Virus record (IMG/VR): IMGVR_UViG_2974703250_000001
Location: 1 to 64,000 of that record
From: a virus
Taxonomy: Duplodnaviria > Caudoviricetes
DNA length: 64,000 nucleotides
Strand: one strand, 5' to 3'
The translations under genes and the position numbers were made by a program. Below the pieces are notes generated by a model. That model saw nothing but the letters and a program-made list of their open reading frames with translations. It was not told the origin of the DNA and ran no database searches. This document shows positions 37,265-45,909 of this stretch, one piece after another. The stretch's first letter is position 1. The number at the start of each line of letters is the position of its first letter.

Positions 37265-38224
37265 TTGAACCGTAAGAAGATCGCGGCGTTGGTGTTGGCG
37301 GCTGCGGCCACCCTGCCGATTGTCGCGTGTTCGACTTCGGTCCCGGCTGGCATTACCGCCGTCAAGGTGGACGACTACGCGTTCGTCCCCACTGACCCGA
37401 CCGTGGAGGGCTGCATTAAGCCTGAGACGAATGAGTTCAACCCAATTGGCGGGTTCAAGGCGTACATGTACCCGGCCCGGCAGATCAGCTACGACGCGCT
37501 GGACCAGCAGGGCGCGGAGGCTCCGGCCACCGTCGTCGTGTCGAACCGCGAGGCTCCGGCTGAGCTTAAGGTGCCGGTGACGGTCACGTTCGACCTCACG
37601 CAGGATTGCGAGCTGCTTAAGCAGTTCCATCGGGACTTCGGCACGAAGTACCAGGGCTGGCTTAACGATGACGGCACGGTGTCTCAGGGCTGGAAAGACC
37701 TGCTGAACTACGTGGTCGGCCAGCCGTTGCAGAACACGTTGGTGTCGATCGCGCAGAAGTACGAGTGGCGCAAGATTTGGAACGACGAGGCCGTGCGCGT
37801 CGAGTTCCAGAACGCGCTGCGTGAGACGCTGCCTAAGGTGTCGCGGGACCGTACTAACGGTGTCGACTACTTCACCAACTTTCAGGTGACGGTGATGAAG
37901 CCGGACCCGGTAGACGCGACTCTCAAGCAGGCGATCATTGCGGAGCAGCAGGCCATCGCTCAGGCTAACGCCACTAAGGCGAAGGGTGTTGCCGATGCAG
38001 AGGCGGCGCAGGCGAAGGCTGACGCGGACGTTAAGGCTGCGGAGGCTCAGACCAAGGTGGCTGAGCAGGAGGCGCTTAAGCGTCAGGCTGAGGTGCGCGG
38101 TTATCCGAGCATTGAGGCTTACCTTGACGCGCAGGAAATCGCCGCCAAGCGTGAGGCTATCTCGCGGGGTATCAATCCGTACCCGTCGCCCATCGTCGCT
38201 GGCGTTGGTGCCACCGGGCGCTAA
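37265..38224 (+). CDS. SPFH/band-7-like lipoprotein
   Basis: Signal peptide with lipobox IVAC; VPVTVTFDL SPFH core; C-terminal AQAKADA coiled coil. Confidence 0.72.
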   Translation: MNRKKIAALVLAAAATLPIVACSTSVPAGITAVKVDDYAFVPTDPTVEGCIKPETNEFNPIGGFKAYMYPARQISYDALDQQGAEAPATVVVSNREAPAELKVPVTVTFDLTQDCELLKQFHRDFGTKYQGWLNDDGTVSQGWKDLLNYVVGQPLQNTLVSIAQKYEWRKIWNDEAVRVEFQNALRETLPKVSRDRTNGVDYFTNFQVTVMKPDPVDATLKQAIIAEQQAIAQANATKAKGVADAEAAQAKADADVKAAEAQTKVAEQEALKRQAEVRGYPSIEAYLDAQEIAAKREAISRGINPYPSPIVAGVGATGR

Positions 38225-38403
38225 TGCTTAGCCGCATCACGCCGGGTGACATTCGCTTTCTGGCCGTGTGCGTCACCGTGATAGCGGTGTGCGTTATCGG
38301 CCTGGCGATCTTCGCCTAACTAACTCTCCCTAGATGGGGCGCGCATATCTAGGGGTGATTAGCGCACGCGCACCCTAAACCCTCTTTAGTAAAGGAAATA
38401 CCC

Positions 38404-38832
38404 ATGTCGAAAAAGAGCCTGTTCAAGCAACCAGGTGTCGAGCAACTGATTCCCGGCCACGAGCTGCCGGTAGGCGTCAAGGTGACCGGGCGAAACATGC
38501 ACGCGGTTACCCTGCTGGTCTCAGTGTCCGGGGAGGCGAACGGTAGTCGCTCTACCGCTACCGCCTTCTTTGAGAGCGACGGTTCGCTGTCGCACGTCAA
38601 GCTGGCCGACAACACCGGCAACGTTGACGTTAAGGCCGGTGAGTACCTGATCCTTAGCGACGACCTCAAGACCGTGGTAGTTGCGTCGGCTGAGGACTAC
38701 GAGTTCTTCAAGACCCTGTTCCCGCTGCTGAGCGCGGTGGGTGACGCGTTCGACTCGCTGGCCGCGAGCTTGGCGAGTAGCGATGTGGACTTGGCCGGTC
38801 TGCTCGGGGGCCTGCTGGTTGGGGACTTGTGA
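38404..38832 (+). CDS. Hypothetical protein
   Basis: AAGGA RBS; phage-like codon usage. Confidence 0.55.
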   Translation: MSKKSLFKQPGVEQLIPGHELPVGVKVTGRNMHAVTLLVSVSGEANGSRSTATAFFESDGSLSHVKLADNTGNVDVKAGEYLILSDDLKTVVVASAEDYEFFKTLFPLLSAVGDAFDSLAASLASSDVDLAGLLGGLLVGDL

Positions 38833-39068
38833 TGAGTCTCTTCAAAAAGAGCGCGCCCGTCTTCGCTCCTAAGTCCGTCGCGTCTATTACGGCGGGGCTG
38901 AGCGACACTCTCGCGGAGCTTGAGGCTCACGCCGAGGACCAGACCTCGCAGGCCGCTTTCCAGAAAGCGATGGCCGACCAGGCGTTGACCGCTGCCGCTG
39001 AGCACGCGGCAGAGTCCGAGTTGGCGCTAAAGGTCGCGGGGAATGTTAGGGCGCTGCTCGGCGCGTGA
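38829..39068 (+). CDS. Hypothetical helical protein
   Basis: GTGA overlap; Ala-rich coiled coil. Confidence 0.5.
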   Translation: MMSLFKKSAPVFAPKSVASITAGLSDTLAELEAHAEDQTSQAAFQKAMADQALTAAAEHAAESELALKVAGNVRALLGA

Positions 39069-39181
39069 TCAATTACGTATGGCGGCACCTGTCCGCGCTC
39101 TACTACTTCGGTAGGGAGCGCGGCAGGTTGCCCACCCTTAAAGAGCTACGCGATGACACTAAGACTTAAGAGGCTGAACGC

Positions 39182-39406
39182 ATGAGCGTTAAGAAGCGCA
39201 CACCCGAACAAGGGCGCATCGTGATCACACTCGAATACACGATGCCCCGTACGTACTGGTCTGAGTACGCCGACGACGGAAAGCGAATCATTACGGATGC
39301 TGTCGATTGCCTTCGGCAGAACGTCCAAGACTGGAAAGACGGTGCTCTTTCCCTAGGAGACCTAATTCAAGGTGCCGACGAAATCCACGTCGAAGCCACT
39401 AAGTAA
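39182..39406 (+). CDS. Hypothetical protein directly upstream of Ro
   Basis: GAGG RBS; 74 aa. Confidence 0.55.
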   Translation: MSVKKRTPEQGRIVITLEYTMPRTYWSEYADDGKRIITDAVDCLRQNVQDWKDGALSLGDLIQGADEIHVEATK

Positions 39407-39420
39407 AGAGAGGGTAAGCA

Positions 39421-40839
39421 ATGGCTACCTTTTTGCAGAGCTTGCAGTCCCAGTTCAACACCACTCGCACGGAGAACGGCGATAAGGCGCACAAGTCGTC
39501 GCTTGATCCGGTGGTGGATTACTTCGGCCTAGCGGGCGCTATGCGTGACCGCGCCGAGGCGTCGGCTGACCTGTTCGAGAAGGCGTTCCGATTCGACCCA
39601 CAGGCGGCGGTCCGGACCCTGTTCTATCTGCGTGACGTGCGCGGGGGCCAGGGCGAGCGTGACGTGTTCCGTGCGGGCCTCAAGCGGCTTCTGGCGAAGT
39701 GGCCGGGCGCTGACTACTCGGTGCTCAAGCATGTGCCGTTCTACGGGCGCTGGGACGACCTGTTCTACGACGGCGCGAACGTCACGCCCGCCGTGGCCCG
39801 GATTCTCCACTATCAGTGGGCCTCCGACGTTGCGGCGTACGAGCGTGGCGATCAGGTGTCGCTCATGGCTAAGTGGCTGCCGTCCGACAAGGCCGCTAAC
39901 AAGGAGCTGGCTATCGCGGTGCGTCAGGCGCTCGGTCTGACTCAGCGTGAGTACCGGCAGACCCTTACGGCTCTTAGGGGCCGGATTGGTCTCGTCGAGC
40001 ACGATATGTCGGAGCGCACTTACGAGCACATCGACTACTCGCGGCTCCCGGCTCAGGCGCACCGTAAGCACGTTAAGGCGTTCCGGCGCAACGACGGTGA
40101 GCGGTACCAGGCGTTCCTTGACGCGGTGCAGCGTGGCGAGGCGAAGGTGAACACGTCGACCCTGTATCCGTACGAACTGTTCGACCTGTGCCGGTCGGAC
40201 CCTTCGGCGGCTGACGCGTTGTGGAAGAACCTGCCGGACTACACGCAGCCGGGCCAGGATGCGCTAGTCCTGCCGGACGTTTCCGGTTCGATGGCGGGGC
40301 GTCCTATCTCGGTGTCGGTGTCGCTGGCGCTGTACTTCGCTGAGCGCAACACGGGTCCGTACAAGGGCTATTTCCTGTCGTTCGACACCACGCCCAAGCT
40401 GGTTCAGGTGCCGGAGTCGGGAGACTTGCAGAGCAAGTTACGGGCGATCAGTAGCCATACCAACAACTGGGGTTCGACCAACTTGCGGGCCGCGTTTACC
40501 GCGATCCTCAGGGCGGGGTTGCAGTCGGGCACCGTCCCGGCCACGCTCTACGTCGTGTCGGACATGCAGTTCGATCAGGCGCTTAACAACGCCGATCTGA
40601 GCGTGTTCGAGTCGGCCAAGCTCTCGTTCCAGCAGGCGGGCCTTGAGCTGCCGCACGTCGTGTTCTGGAACGTGAACGCGCGGCATGATCAGTTGCCCGC
40701 GACGGCTATGGACGGAAACGTGACTCTCGTTTCCGGGCTGGCTGCTACGACGTTTGCGCTGGCTGTGCAGGGTAAGTCCCCGCGTGAGCTGGTGGACGAC
40801 GTAATCAATTCGGAGCGATACGAGAAAATCGTTCTGTAA
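39421..40839 (+). CDS. Ro60/Rsr-like RNA-binding protein (TROVE plus vWA)
   Basis: RTENG, LFYLRDVRGGQGER, YGRWDDL, AKWLPS, DVSGSM MIDAS, VSDMQFD, FWNV. Confidence 0.9.
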   Translation: MATFLQSLQSQFNTTRTENGDKAHKSSLDPVVDYFGLAGAMRDRAEASADLFEKAFRFDPQAAVRTLFYLRDVRGGQGERDVFRAGLKRLLAKWPGADYSVLKHVPFYGRWDDLFYDGANVTPAVARILHYQWASDVAAYERGDQVSLMAKWLPSDKAANKELAIAVRQALGLTQREYRQTLTALRGRIGLVEHDMSERTYEHIDYSRLPAQAHRKHVKAFRRNDGERYQAFLDAVQRGEAKVNTSTLYPYELFDLCRSDPSAADALWKNLPDYTQPGQDALVLPDVSGSMAGRPISVSVSLALYFAERNTGPYKGYFLSFDTTPKLVQVPESGDLQSKLRAISSHTNNWGSTNLRAAFTAILRAGLQSGTVPATLYVVSDMQFDQALNNADLSVFESAKLSFQQAGLELPHVVFWNVNARHDQLPATAMDGNVTLVSGLAATTFALAVQGKSPRELVDDVINSERYEKIVL

Positions 40840-40882
40840 AACTTCCATCTTGCCGGGATGGCTCGGTAAGGTTGGAAACAGG

Positions 40883-40936
40883 TGGACGCGAACAGCAATC
40901 AAAACTTCTTCTGCTAAAAGAAACCAAGTGCGTCCA
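40883..40936 (+). ncRNA. Minimal Y-RNA-like unit 1 carrying a tRNA-Ser(GCT) anticodon stem-loop
   Basis: TGGACGC/GCGTCCA terminal stem, ACAGCAA motif, TTCTT-CTGCTAA-AAGAA hairpin. Confidence 0.7.
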
Positions 40937-40948
40937 GTTTAAAACCTG

Positions 40949-41078
40949 TGGACCCCCACAGCAATAAAACTACTTCCATGATAAGGACGAGGCGCGGGTT
41001 CAAATCCCGCAGCTCTTACGGTTTTCACCGTAAGGGTTTAGCTCAGGGGCAGAGCGCGTAAGTAAAAACAGGGGTCCA
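40949..41078 (+). ncRNA. YrlA-like Y RNA (circularly permuted tRNA mimic)
   Basis: TGGACCCC/GGGGTCCA stem, ACAGCAA, T arm GCGGG-TTCAAAT-CCCGC, loop-closed acceptor 41011-41038, D arm GCTC-AGGGGCA-GAGC; adjacent to the Ro gene. Confidence 0.88.
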
Positions 41079-41092
41079 GTACATAGCGGCTG

Positions 41093-41146
41093 TGGACACT
41101 AACAGCGATTCTAACTCTTTCAAATGGTGAAAATAGAATGTGTCCA
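41093..41146 (+). ncRNA. Minimal Y-RNA-like unit 3
   Basis: TGGACAC/GTGTCCA stem, ACAGCGA motif, inner TTCTA/TAGAA stem. Confidence 0.65.
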
Positions 41147-41161
41147 GTTCCACCGCGTTTG

Positions 41162-41201
41162 ATCCGCCCCGCGCCTAAATGACTGCGGGGCGGATTTTTT
41201 T
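41162..41201 (+). terminator. Intrinsic terminator closing the Ro-Y RNA transcript
   Basis: ATCCGCCCCGCG / TGCGGGGCGGAT stem followed by a T run. Confidence 0.85.
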
Positions 41202-41341
41202 ATGCCTAACGGAGGAAACATGCCAGGACCGATGTCCGCACCTAACGGAAACAAGCTGATCACGGTGAGCGCAGAGGCCCGTAAGAAAGCCGGTCGGACC
41301 GGCAAGACGGAGCTGGTGCGCGAGCGGAAAGGTAACAAGCA

Positions 41342-41689
41342 ATGAAGGCTCTGGTTATCGCGGCTGCGGTCGCGGTTGGCCTGTCTATGTCTGCGTGCGC
41401 TACGCAGGACCAGCACTGGGAGACCGGCTGCAAGGTCACGGATAAGCAAATCCTGACCGACGTGAGCGGGTCCAACGGCAGCACGAGCACTACCCGCACT
41501 AAGCGTCTGAGCACGTCGTGCGGCGCTTTCAACGTCGAGGACGCATGGGAAGCGGGTTCGTTCAACTCGTATGACCTGTGGTCAAAGCTAGAGGTTGGTA
41601 AGACCTACGACCTCAAGGTGGGCGGCATTCGGAACGGGTTCTTTTCGATGTTCCAGACCGTCTTGGAGGTAAAGGAATCGAATGGCTAG
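41342..41689 (+). CDS. Lipoprotein
   Basis: Signal peptide with lipobox MSAC; beta-rich mature part. Confidence 0.65.
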   Translation: MKALVIAAAVAVGLSMSACATQDQHWETGCKVTDKQILTDVSGSNGSTSTTRTKRLSTSCGAFNVEDAWEAGSFNSYDLWSKLEVGKTYDLKVGGIRNGFFSMFQTVLEVKESNG

Positions 41690-42002
41690 CAAGCTGGTCG
41701 CAGAGGCCATCGCCAAGTACCTAGAAGGCAGGGGCGACGCGTCGAACGCGGACCGGTTCTATCCGGTGCCTAACCGGGTGATGCGCCGCGCTATGCGCTT
41801 CGGCGGTTCCCGCCAGTTGATTCCCGGCGCGAACGGTAAGCCTGCCACTTTCTATCAGCCTCAGCGGTCGCGGATTCAGAGGGGTATTTCGCGGCCCGGC
41901 GTGCGCGGCAAGGTGCTTACCGAGGGCCTTACGCCGATCTTCGTTAGTGAGGATGGCGACCGCATGGATATGCGCGAGTTCTACGACAAGGCGGCTGCCT
42001 GA
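41682..42002 (+). CDS. Hypothetical protein
   Basis: Tight operon packing. Confidence 0.55.
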   Translation: MASKLVAEAIAKYLEGRGDASNADRFYPVPNRVMRRAMRFGGSRQLIPGANGKPATFYQPQRSRIQRGISRPGVRGKVLTEGLTPIFVSEDGDRMDMREFYDKAAA

Positions 42003-42187
42003 TGTACATGGTGGATATCCGCCTAGCTACAGGCGAGGTTAAGCACGCGCGCACCAATGAGCTACCGGTGCATGACGATCACAACAACCTGGCTATTGCC
42101 TTGGCGGTTGGCGGCGCTCTTGTCTACGCGGCTGGGCATTACGCCGGATACGCGGTTAGGGAAATTAAGGAGAGCAACGATGGCTAA
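42002..42187 (+). CDS. Hypothetical protein
   Basis: 1-nt overlap with the upstream stop. Confidence 0.45.
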   Translation: MYMVDIRLATGEVKHARTNELPVHDDHNNLAIALAVGGALVYAAGHYAGYAVREIKESNDG

Positions 42188-42377
42188 GCCTGTTGGCACC
42201 GTGCTGCACAAGACATACCCGAACGGAAAGTTTGACGTTGCCGTTCACACCCTAAAGGGCTGGGTGATTGTCGATCAGCACGGCTCTTACAGCATTCCAG
42301 GCGAGCCCGCGACCGCTAACGGCAGTTCATGGATCGAGCTTGAGCCTGCCCCTTTGAAGGTTAGCGGGGCGGCATAA
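42180..42377 (+). CDS. Hypothetical protein
   Basis: GGAGAG RBS before ATG42180. Confidence 0.5.
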   Translation: MAKPVGTVLHKTYPNGKFDVAVHTLKGWVIVDQHGSYSIPGEPATANGSSWIELEPAPLKVSGAA

Positions 42378-43351
42378 CTGACTATCAGGTAAAGCGCGAC
42401 TACTGGGACCGCCCAATCGTGTATCCGGATGGCTACACGGCAGGCGACCCTAACGGCGTATGGCGCGAAGGTAGGGGGCGCGATGGAAAGCAAAAGCGCT
42501 GGTGGTACACCAAAGACGGCAAAGGCTACAGCCGCGCGTCCGGTGCTGGCAAAGGGCTCGACACTAAAGACGGGCTCATTGACTGGGCGGCGTGTCAGGC
42601 AGCCGTTGGAATCCTCTTGGACGCCTCCGCGCGCTCAGAGGTCGCAACGCTTATCAATGAGTACGACGCCGATCCTTGGTACAAAGGCGACGACGGCGGA
42701 ACCCGCTCAGGCAAAGAGCGGCTTAAAGCTGCTGTTGAGAAAGCGCGTAACGTTGCCGGTCAGCACACTGCTGCTTCTGCTGGCACTGAGTTCCATAAGC
42801 TCGGCGAACTTCGCAATAAAGGCGAGAGCCCGCGCATCGTCCAGGACCACCTAAAGGAACCGCTGGCGCAGTATGACCGCGCCGTGGAACCTATCGAGTT
42901 CCTAGAGCAGGAAATGTTAGTGGTCAATGACCATCTGGAACTCTGCGGGTCGGTCGATTACCTAATGGGCTTGCCGCCGGGCATTACCACGCCGGACGGC
43001 GAATACCACGAAGATTCTCTAGTCGTGGTGGGCGACCTTAAGACGGGTCGCTGGGACGCTAAGCGTCCAATGAGCGTGACCTGCCAGTTGACCGCTTACG
43101 GGACTGGCGTCCGCTACGACCAGGAGACGAATACACGTACTCCGCTGCATCCCCGCATTAACAACAAATGGGGCGTCATGGTCCATTTCCCGATTATGAC
43201 TAAGAACCCTAAGGTCCGCTTCTATTGGGTGGATTTGACGCTGGGGTTGAAGGCTTCGCTTCTCGCTAAAGAGGTTGAGGCTATGCGGCGAGTTTTCAGT
43301 TCTAAGGATTCTGAGCTAAAGGAGTTGAACCTTGACCATTACCAGTGGTGA
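42374..43351 (+). CDS. PD-(D/E)XK (RecE/Cas4-like) exonuclease
   Basis: GTEFH, CGSVDYL, GDLKTG, QLTAYG; start probably ATA42374 (otherwise GTG42419). Confidence 0.78.
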   Translation: MTDYQVKRDYWDRPIVYPDGYTAGDPNGVWREGRGRDGKQKRWWYTKDGKGYSRASGAGKGLDTKDGLIDWAACQAAVGILLDASARSEVATLINEYDADPWYKGDDGGTRSGKERLKAAVEKARNVAGQHTAASAGTEFHKLGELRNKGESPRIVQDHLKEPLAQYDRAVEPIEFLEQEMLVVNDHLELCGSVDYLMGLPPGITTPDGEYHEDSLVVVGDLKTGRWDAKRPMSVTCQLTAYGTGVRYDQETNTRTPLHPRINNKWGVMVHFPIMTKNPKVRFYWVDLTLGLKASLLAKEVEAMRRVFSSKDSELKELNLDHYQW

Positions 43352-43640
43352 TACGAGCTTGGCTGCATGGCAGTCGTTGGATAAGGACTATCTGCGCGAG
43401 TCGCAGCGGGCGGTCCTTAAGGCGCTCGGGCGTCTCCGCAAGGGTGGCACCGATACGGATATCGCTCGGGTCTACAACCGGTCGAAGTGGGGCGCGGTGC
43501 TGCCGCAGTCACCTTCGGGTCTGCGTACGCGTCGGGCTGAGCTGGTGAAGCAAGGCTTTGTGGTCGATTCCGGCGCGCGTAAGCGTCTGCCGTCTGGCCG
43601 CTTGTCGGTCGTGTGGACCAAGGCAAAGAGCGGGGCCTAG
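43332..43640 (+). CDS. Winged-helix DNA-binding protein (probable)
   Basis: GTDTDIAR..SPSGLRTRRAELVKQGFVVDSG pattern. Confidence 0.55.
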   Translation: MTITSGDTSLAAWQSLDKDYLRESQRAVLKALGRLRKGGTDTDIARVYNRSKWGAVLPQSPSGLRTRRAELVKQGFVVDSGARKRLPSGRLSVVWTKAKSGA

Positions 43641-44399
43641 TTGACGGCAACTAAGGCTGATCTAGAGGCGGCGTTGGCTGAGGCTGACGCCAAGATTGAG
43701 CATCTTGAGGAAGAACTCAAGAATGCTCCGCAGTGGGACAAGTCGGAGACGCCCACGGTTTACGAGGCGTGGAACCGCGTTATGCGCGATGTGCAGTTCA
43801 TTAGTAAGAACTCGCGCAACGAACAGCAGAAGTTCAACTTCCGTGGCATTGACGCGGTGATGAACGCGGTTGGTCCGGTGCTGCGCCAGCACGGCGTAAT
43901 CGTCGTGCCGACCGGGGCGGCTCACGAGGCAGAGCGGTACCTGTCAAAGAACGGCGGGCAGATGTGCAACCGCACCGCCGAGATGAGCTACCGCGTCTAT
44001 GGCCCGGCTGGCGACTTCTTTGACGGGGTAGCGGTCGGTGAGGCCGCAGACTCCGGCGACAAGTCGATGACTAAGGCCGAGTCCGTGGCGCTGCGTACGT
44101 TCCTGCTGCAATCCCTGATGCTGCCGACCGACGATCCAGACCCGGATGCCAGCTCACATGAGCGCGCGGTTCCGGTCCGTACTCAGGCTCAGCAGATGCC
44201 AGCCGCTCCGGACGATAACCCGGAGTCCCGCGAGGCGCGGGGAAAGCTCCGCTCTATGGCGGATGAAAAGGGCTGGAACCTGGGCGCTATTGCCGACAAG
44301 TTCTCTAAGGACAACAAGGGTAAGGCGCTTAAGGATGCCACGGCTGCCGAAGTCGAGGCTTATACGAACCTTCTAGCGACAGGGGCGGTTACCGTCTGA
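43641..44399 (+). CDS. ERF-family single-strand annealing protein
   Basis: FNFRGIDAVMNAV, GEAADSGDKS..KA.S.A.RTFL..LPTDDPDPD. Confidence 0.82.
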   Translation: MTATKADLEAALAEADAKIEHLEEELKNAPQWDKSETPTVYEAWNRVMRDVQFISKNSRNEQQKFNFRGIDAVMNAVGPVLRQHGVIVVPTGAAHEAERYLSKNGGQMCNRTAEMSYRVYGPAGDFFDGVAVGEAADSGDKSMTKAESVALRTFLLQSLMLPTDDPDPDASSHERAVPVRTQAQQMPAAPDDNPESREARGKLRSMADEKGWNLGAIADKFSKDNKGKALKDATAAEVEAYTNLLATGAVTV

Positions 44400-44599
44400 T
44401 GTTCAACAACACGATTGCGGGTATCCCCGTGGAGCTGGTCGACGCTCCACGGGGCATTATGGTTCCGTGCGAATTGTGCTTCGTTAAAGAAGCTGAGTTC
44501 GCGGTCGGCTCGCACGATCACAAGCTGGTCTGCGAAGGCTGCCTTGATTACGGGGATAGCCGCCGGTTCTGGAACCTGGAACCGAGGCAGGCGCTTTGA
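44399..44599 (+). CDS. Small zinc-finger protein
   Basis: CELC..VCEGC. Confidence 0.5.
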   Translation: MFNNTIAGIPVELVDAPRGIMVPCELCFVKEAEFAVGSHDHKLVCEGCLDYGDSRRFWNLEPRQAL

Positions 44600-44826
44600 T
44601 CGAGTTCTTTACCGTCGTTGACACGACGCCTGGTGATCAGTCCGCGCGGGGCCGGTTAGCCCGGCAGTGGAAGCCTTCACGCGTCCATTCCTTGGCAGAT
44701 GTCGGCCAAGCGCGCGCCCGTCGCACTCGCCTAACGAATGAGAACAAGGGGCGGCGCTACGACATTCTGCACACTGTGGTGCATGAGGGCGGCATTCCGC
44801 AGACGACATGGCTGGGTGACGAGTGA
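44596..44826 (+). CDS. Hypothetical protein
   Basis: 4-nt overlaps on both sides. Confidence 0.45.
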   Translation: MIEFFTVVDTTPGDQSARGRLARQWKPSRVHSLADVGQARARRTRLTNENKGRRYDILHTVVHEGGIPQTTWLGDE

Positions 44827-45095
44827 GCGATGTCAAATCTCAAGTGTTCGATGCGGACACATTCATTAGCATTTTCCAGCCCGGAGACAGCGATAACGGC
44901 TGGCCTAACGAGCTGCAATACCTCTGGACTTCGGACCAGGCTCGTACCTTGGCGTTGCTCGACGAGGTTGTCTCGGCGGGCGGTATCAATAAGCCGGTTT
45001 GGGTCGGCCCGGATAAGCGGGTTTGGGATGGGCATCACCGCGTAGCCATCGCACTGGCGTTGCGGATTCCTTTGCCTGTCGAGTTTCGCAAGTAA
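44823..45095 (+). CDS. ParB/Srx-like domain protein
   Basis: GINKPVWV..VWDGHHRVAIA. Confidence 0.7.
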   Translation: MSDVKSQVFDADTFISIFQPGDSDNGWPNELQYLWTSDQARTLALLDEVVSAGGINKPVWVGPDKRVWDGHHRVAIALALRIPLPVEFRK

Positions 45096-45105
45096 AGGGG
45101 GAACT

Positions 45106-45465
45106 TTGAGTGAATACAATCCGGTCTCCATAGAGCAGGATATCTTAGCGACTGTTAACGAAATCTCGCAGGGTGTTATCACTGCGCGAGATGCCCACGA
45201 GAAGCAGTTAGAGTCCGAACGCGAGTACAAGCGCGCTTATGCGCGTGCGTTCATGGCCCATAAGGGTCCGCAGACTGAGAAGAAAGTCGCCGCGAACATT
45301 GTCCCAGAGGTCATGGAAGCCGAGGACATGCGGGACGCGTGGGACGTGGCTTACACGTACGCGAAGGAAAACAACAAGGCGCTTAGCTCAAAGCTAGACG
45401 CTATTCGTTCGGTGGGCGCTTCGGTGCGCCAGGCATACGCGAACGCGGGTAGGGGTGAGTGGTGA
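45106..45465 (+). CDS. Hypothetical coiled-coil protein
   Basis: Helical; LDAIRSVGASVRQAY C-terminus. Confidence 0.6.
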   Translation: MSEYNPVSIEQDILATVNEISQGVITARDAHEKQLESEREYKRAYARAFMAHKGPQTEKKVAANIVPEVMEAEDMRDAWDVAYTYAKENNKALSSKLDAIRSVGASVRQAYANAGRGEW

Positions 45466-45528
45466 TGGACGACGCTCAAGTGTGGGCCGTGGTGTGGGTC
45501 GTCGTGTTCATCCTGTTCGCCCTGGCCC

Positions 45529-45909
45529 TTGTCTGAGGCGAAATGCCGCCGTCTGATCAAGCCGCGCTCTGAGGGCTTCTGTGAAAGGTGTACCCGCTGG
45601 GGCGGGCTAACACTCCATCACCGACAGAAACGCTCTCAGGGCGGCTTGTGGACGGCTGAAAACTGCGTCCTGGTGTGCGGCCACGGTACGACCGGCTGCC
45701 ACGGGTGGATTGAGCATCACCCCGACGCGGCAGAGGTCCAGGGCTGGCATATCCGGCCTTGGCTAAACCCGGCTGACGTTCCGCTGCTTTGGCGCGGCTC
45801 GGACTGGGTTCTGTTAACGAGTGACGGAGGAATGAAGCATGTCGAGAAACCTCAAGGCGCTCCTAGTAGCTGGCGGGATAGTGTTGGCGCTGACCGCCTG
45901 CCAACCTAG
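45529..45909 (+). CDS. HNH endonuclease
   Basis: CERC..HHRQKRSQGG..NCVLVC..CHGWIE. Confidence 0.78.
   Translation: MSEAKCRRLIKPRSEGFCERCTRWGGLTLHHRQKRSQGGLWTAENCVLVCGHGTTGCHGWIEHHPDAAEVQGWHIRPWLNPADVPLLWRGSDWVLLTSDGGMKHVEKPQGAPSSWRDSVGADRLPT

Noticed and set aside
41114-41133. Anticodon mimic (Glu TTC or opal TCA) in Y unit 3
   Set aside because: CTTTCAA and TTTCAAA loops are present, but their stems are weak and TTTCA/TGAAA is a likelier fold; unresolved
40883-41146. CRISPR-like array
   Set aside because: The repeats are short paired ends of unequal-length structured units, and no cas genes are present
42374-43351. Cas4 as evidence of a CRISPR system
   Set aside because: Its position next to ERF indicates a recombination exonuclease
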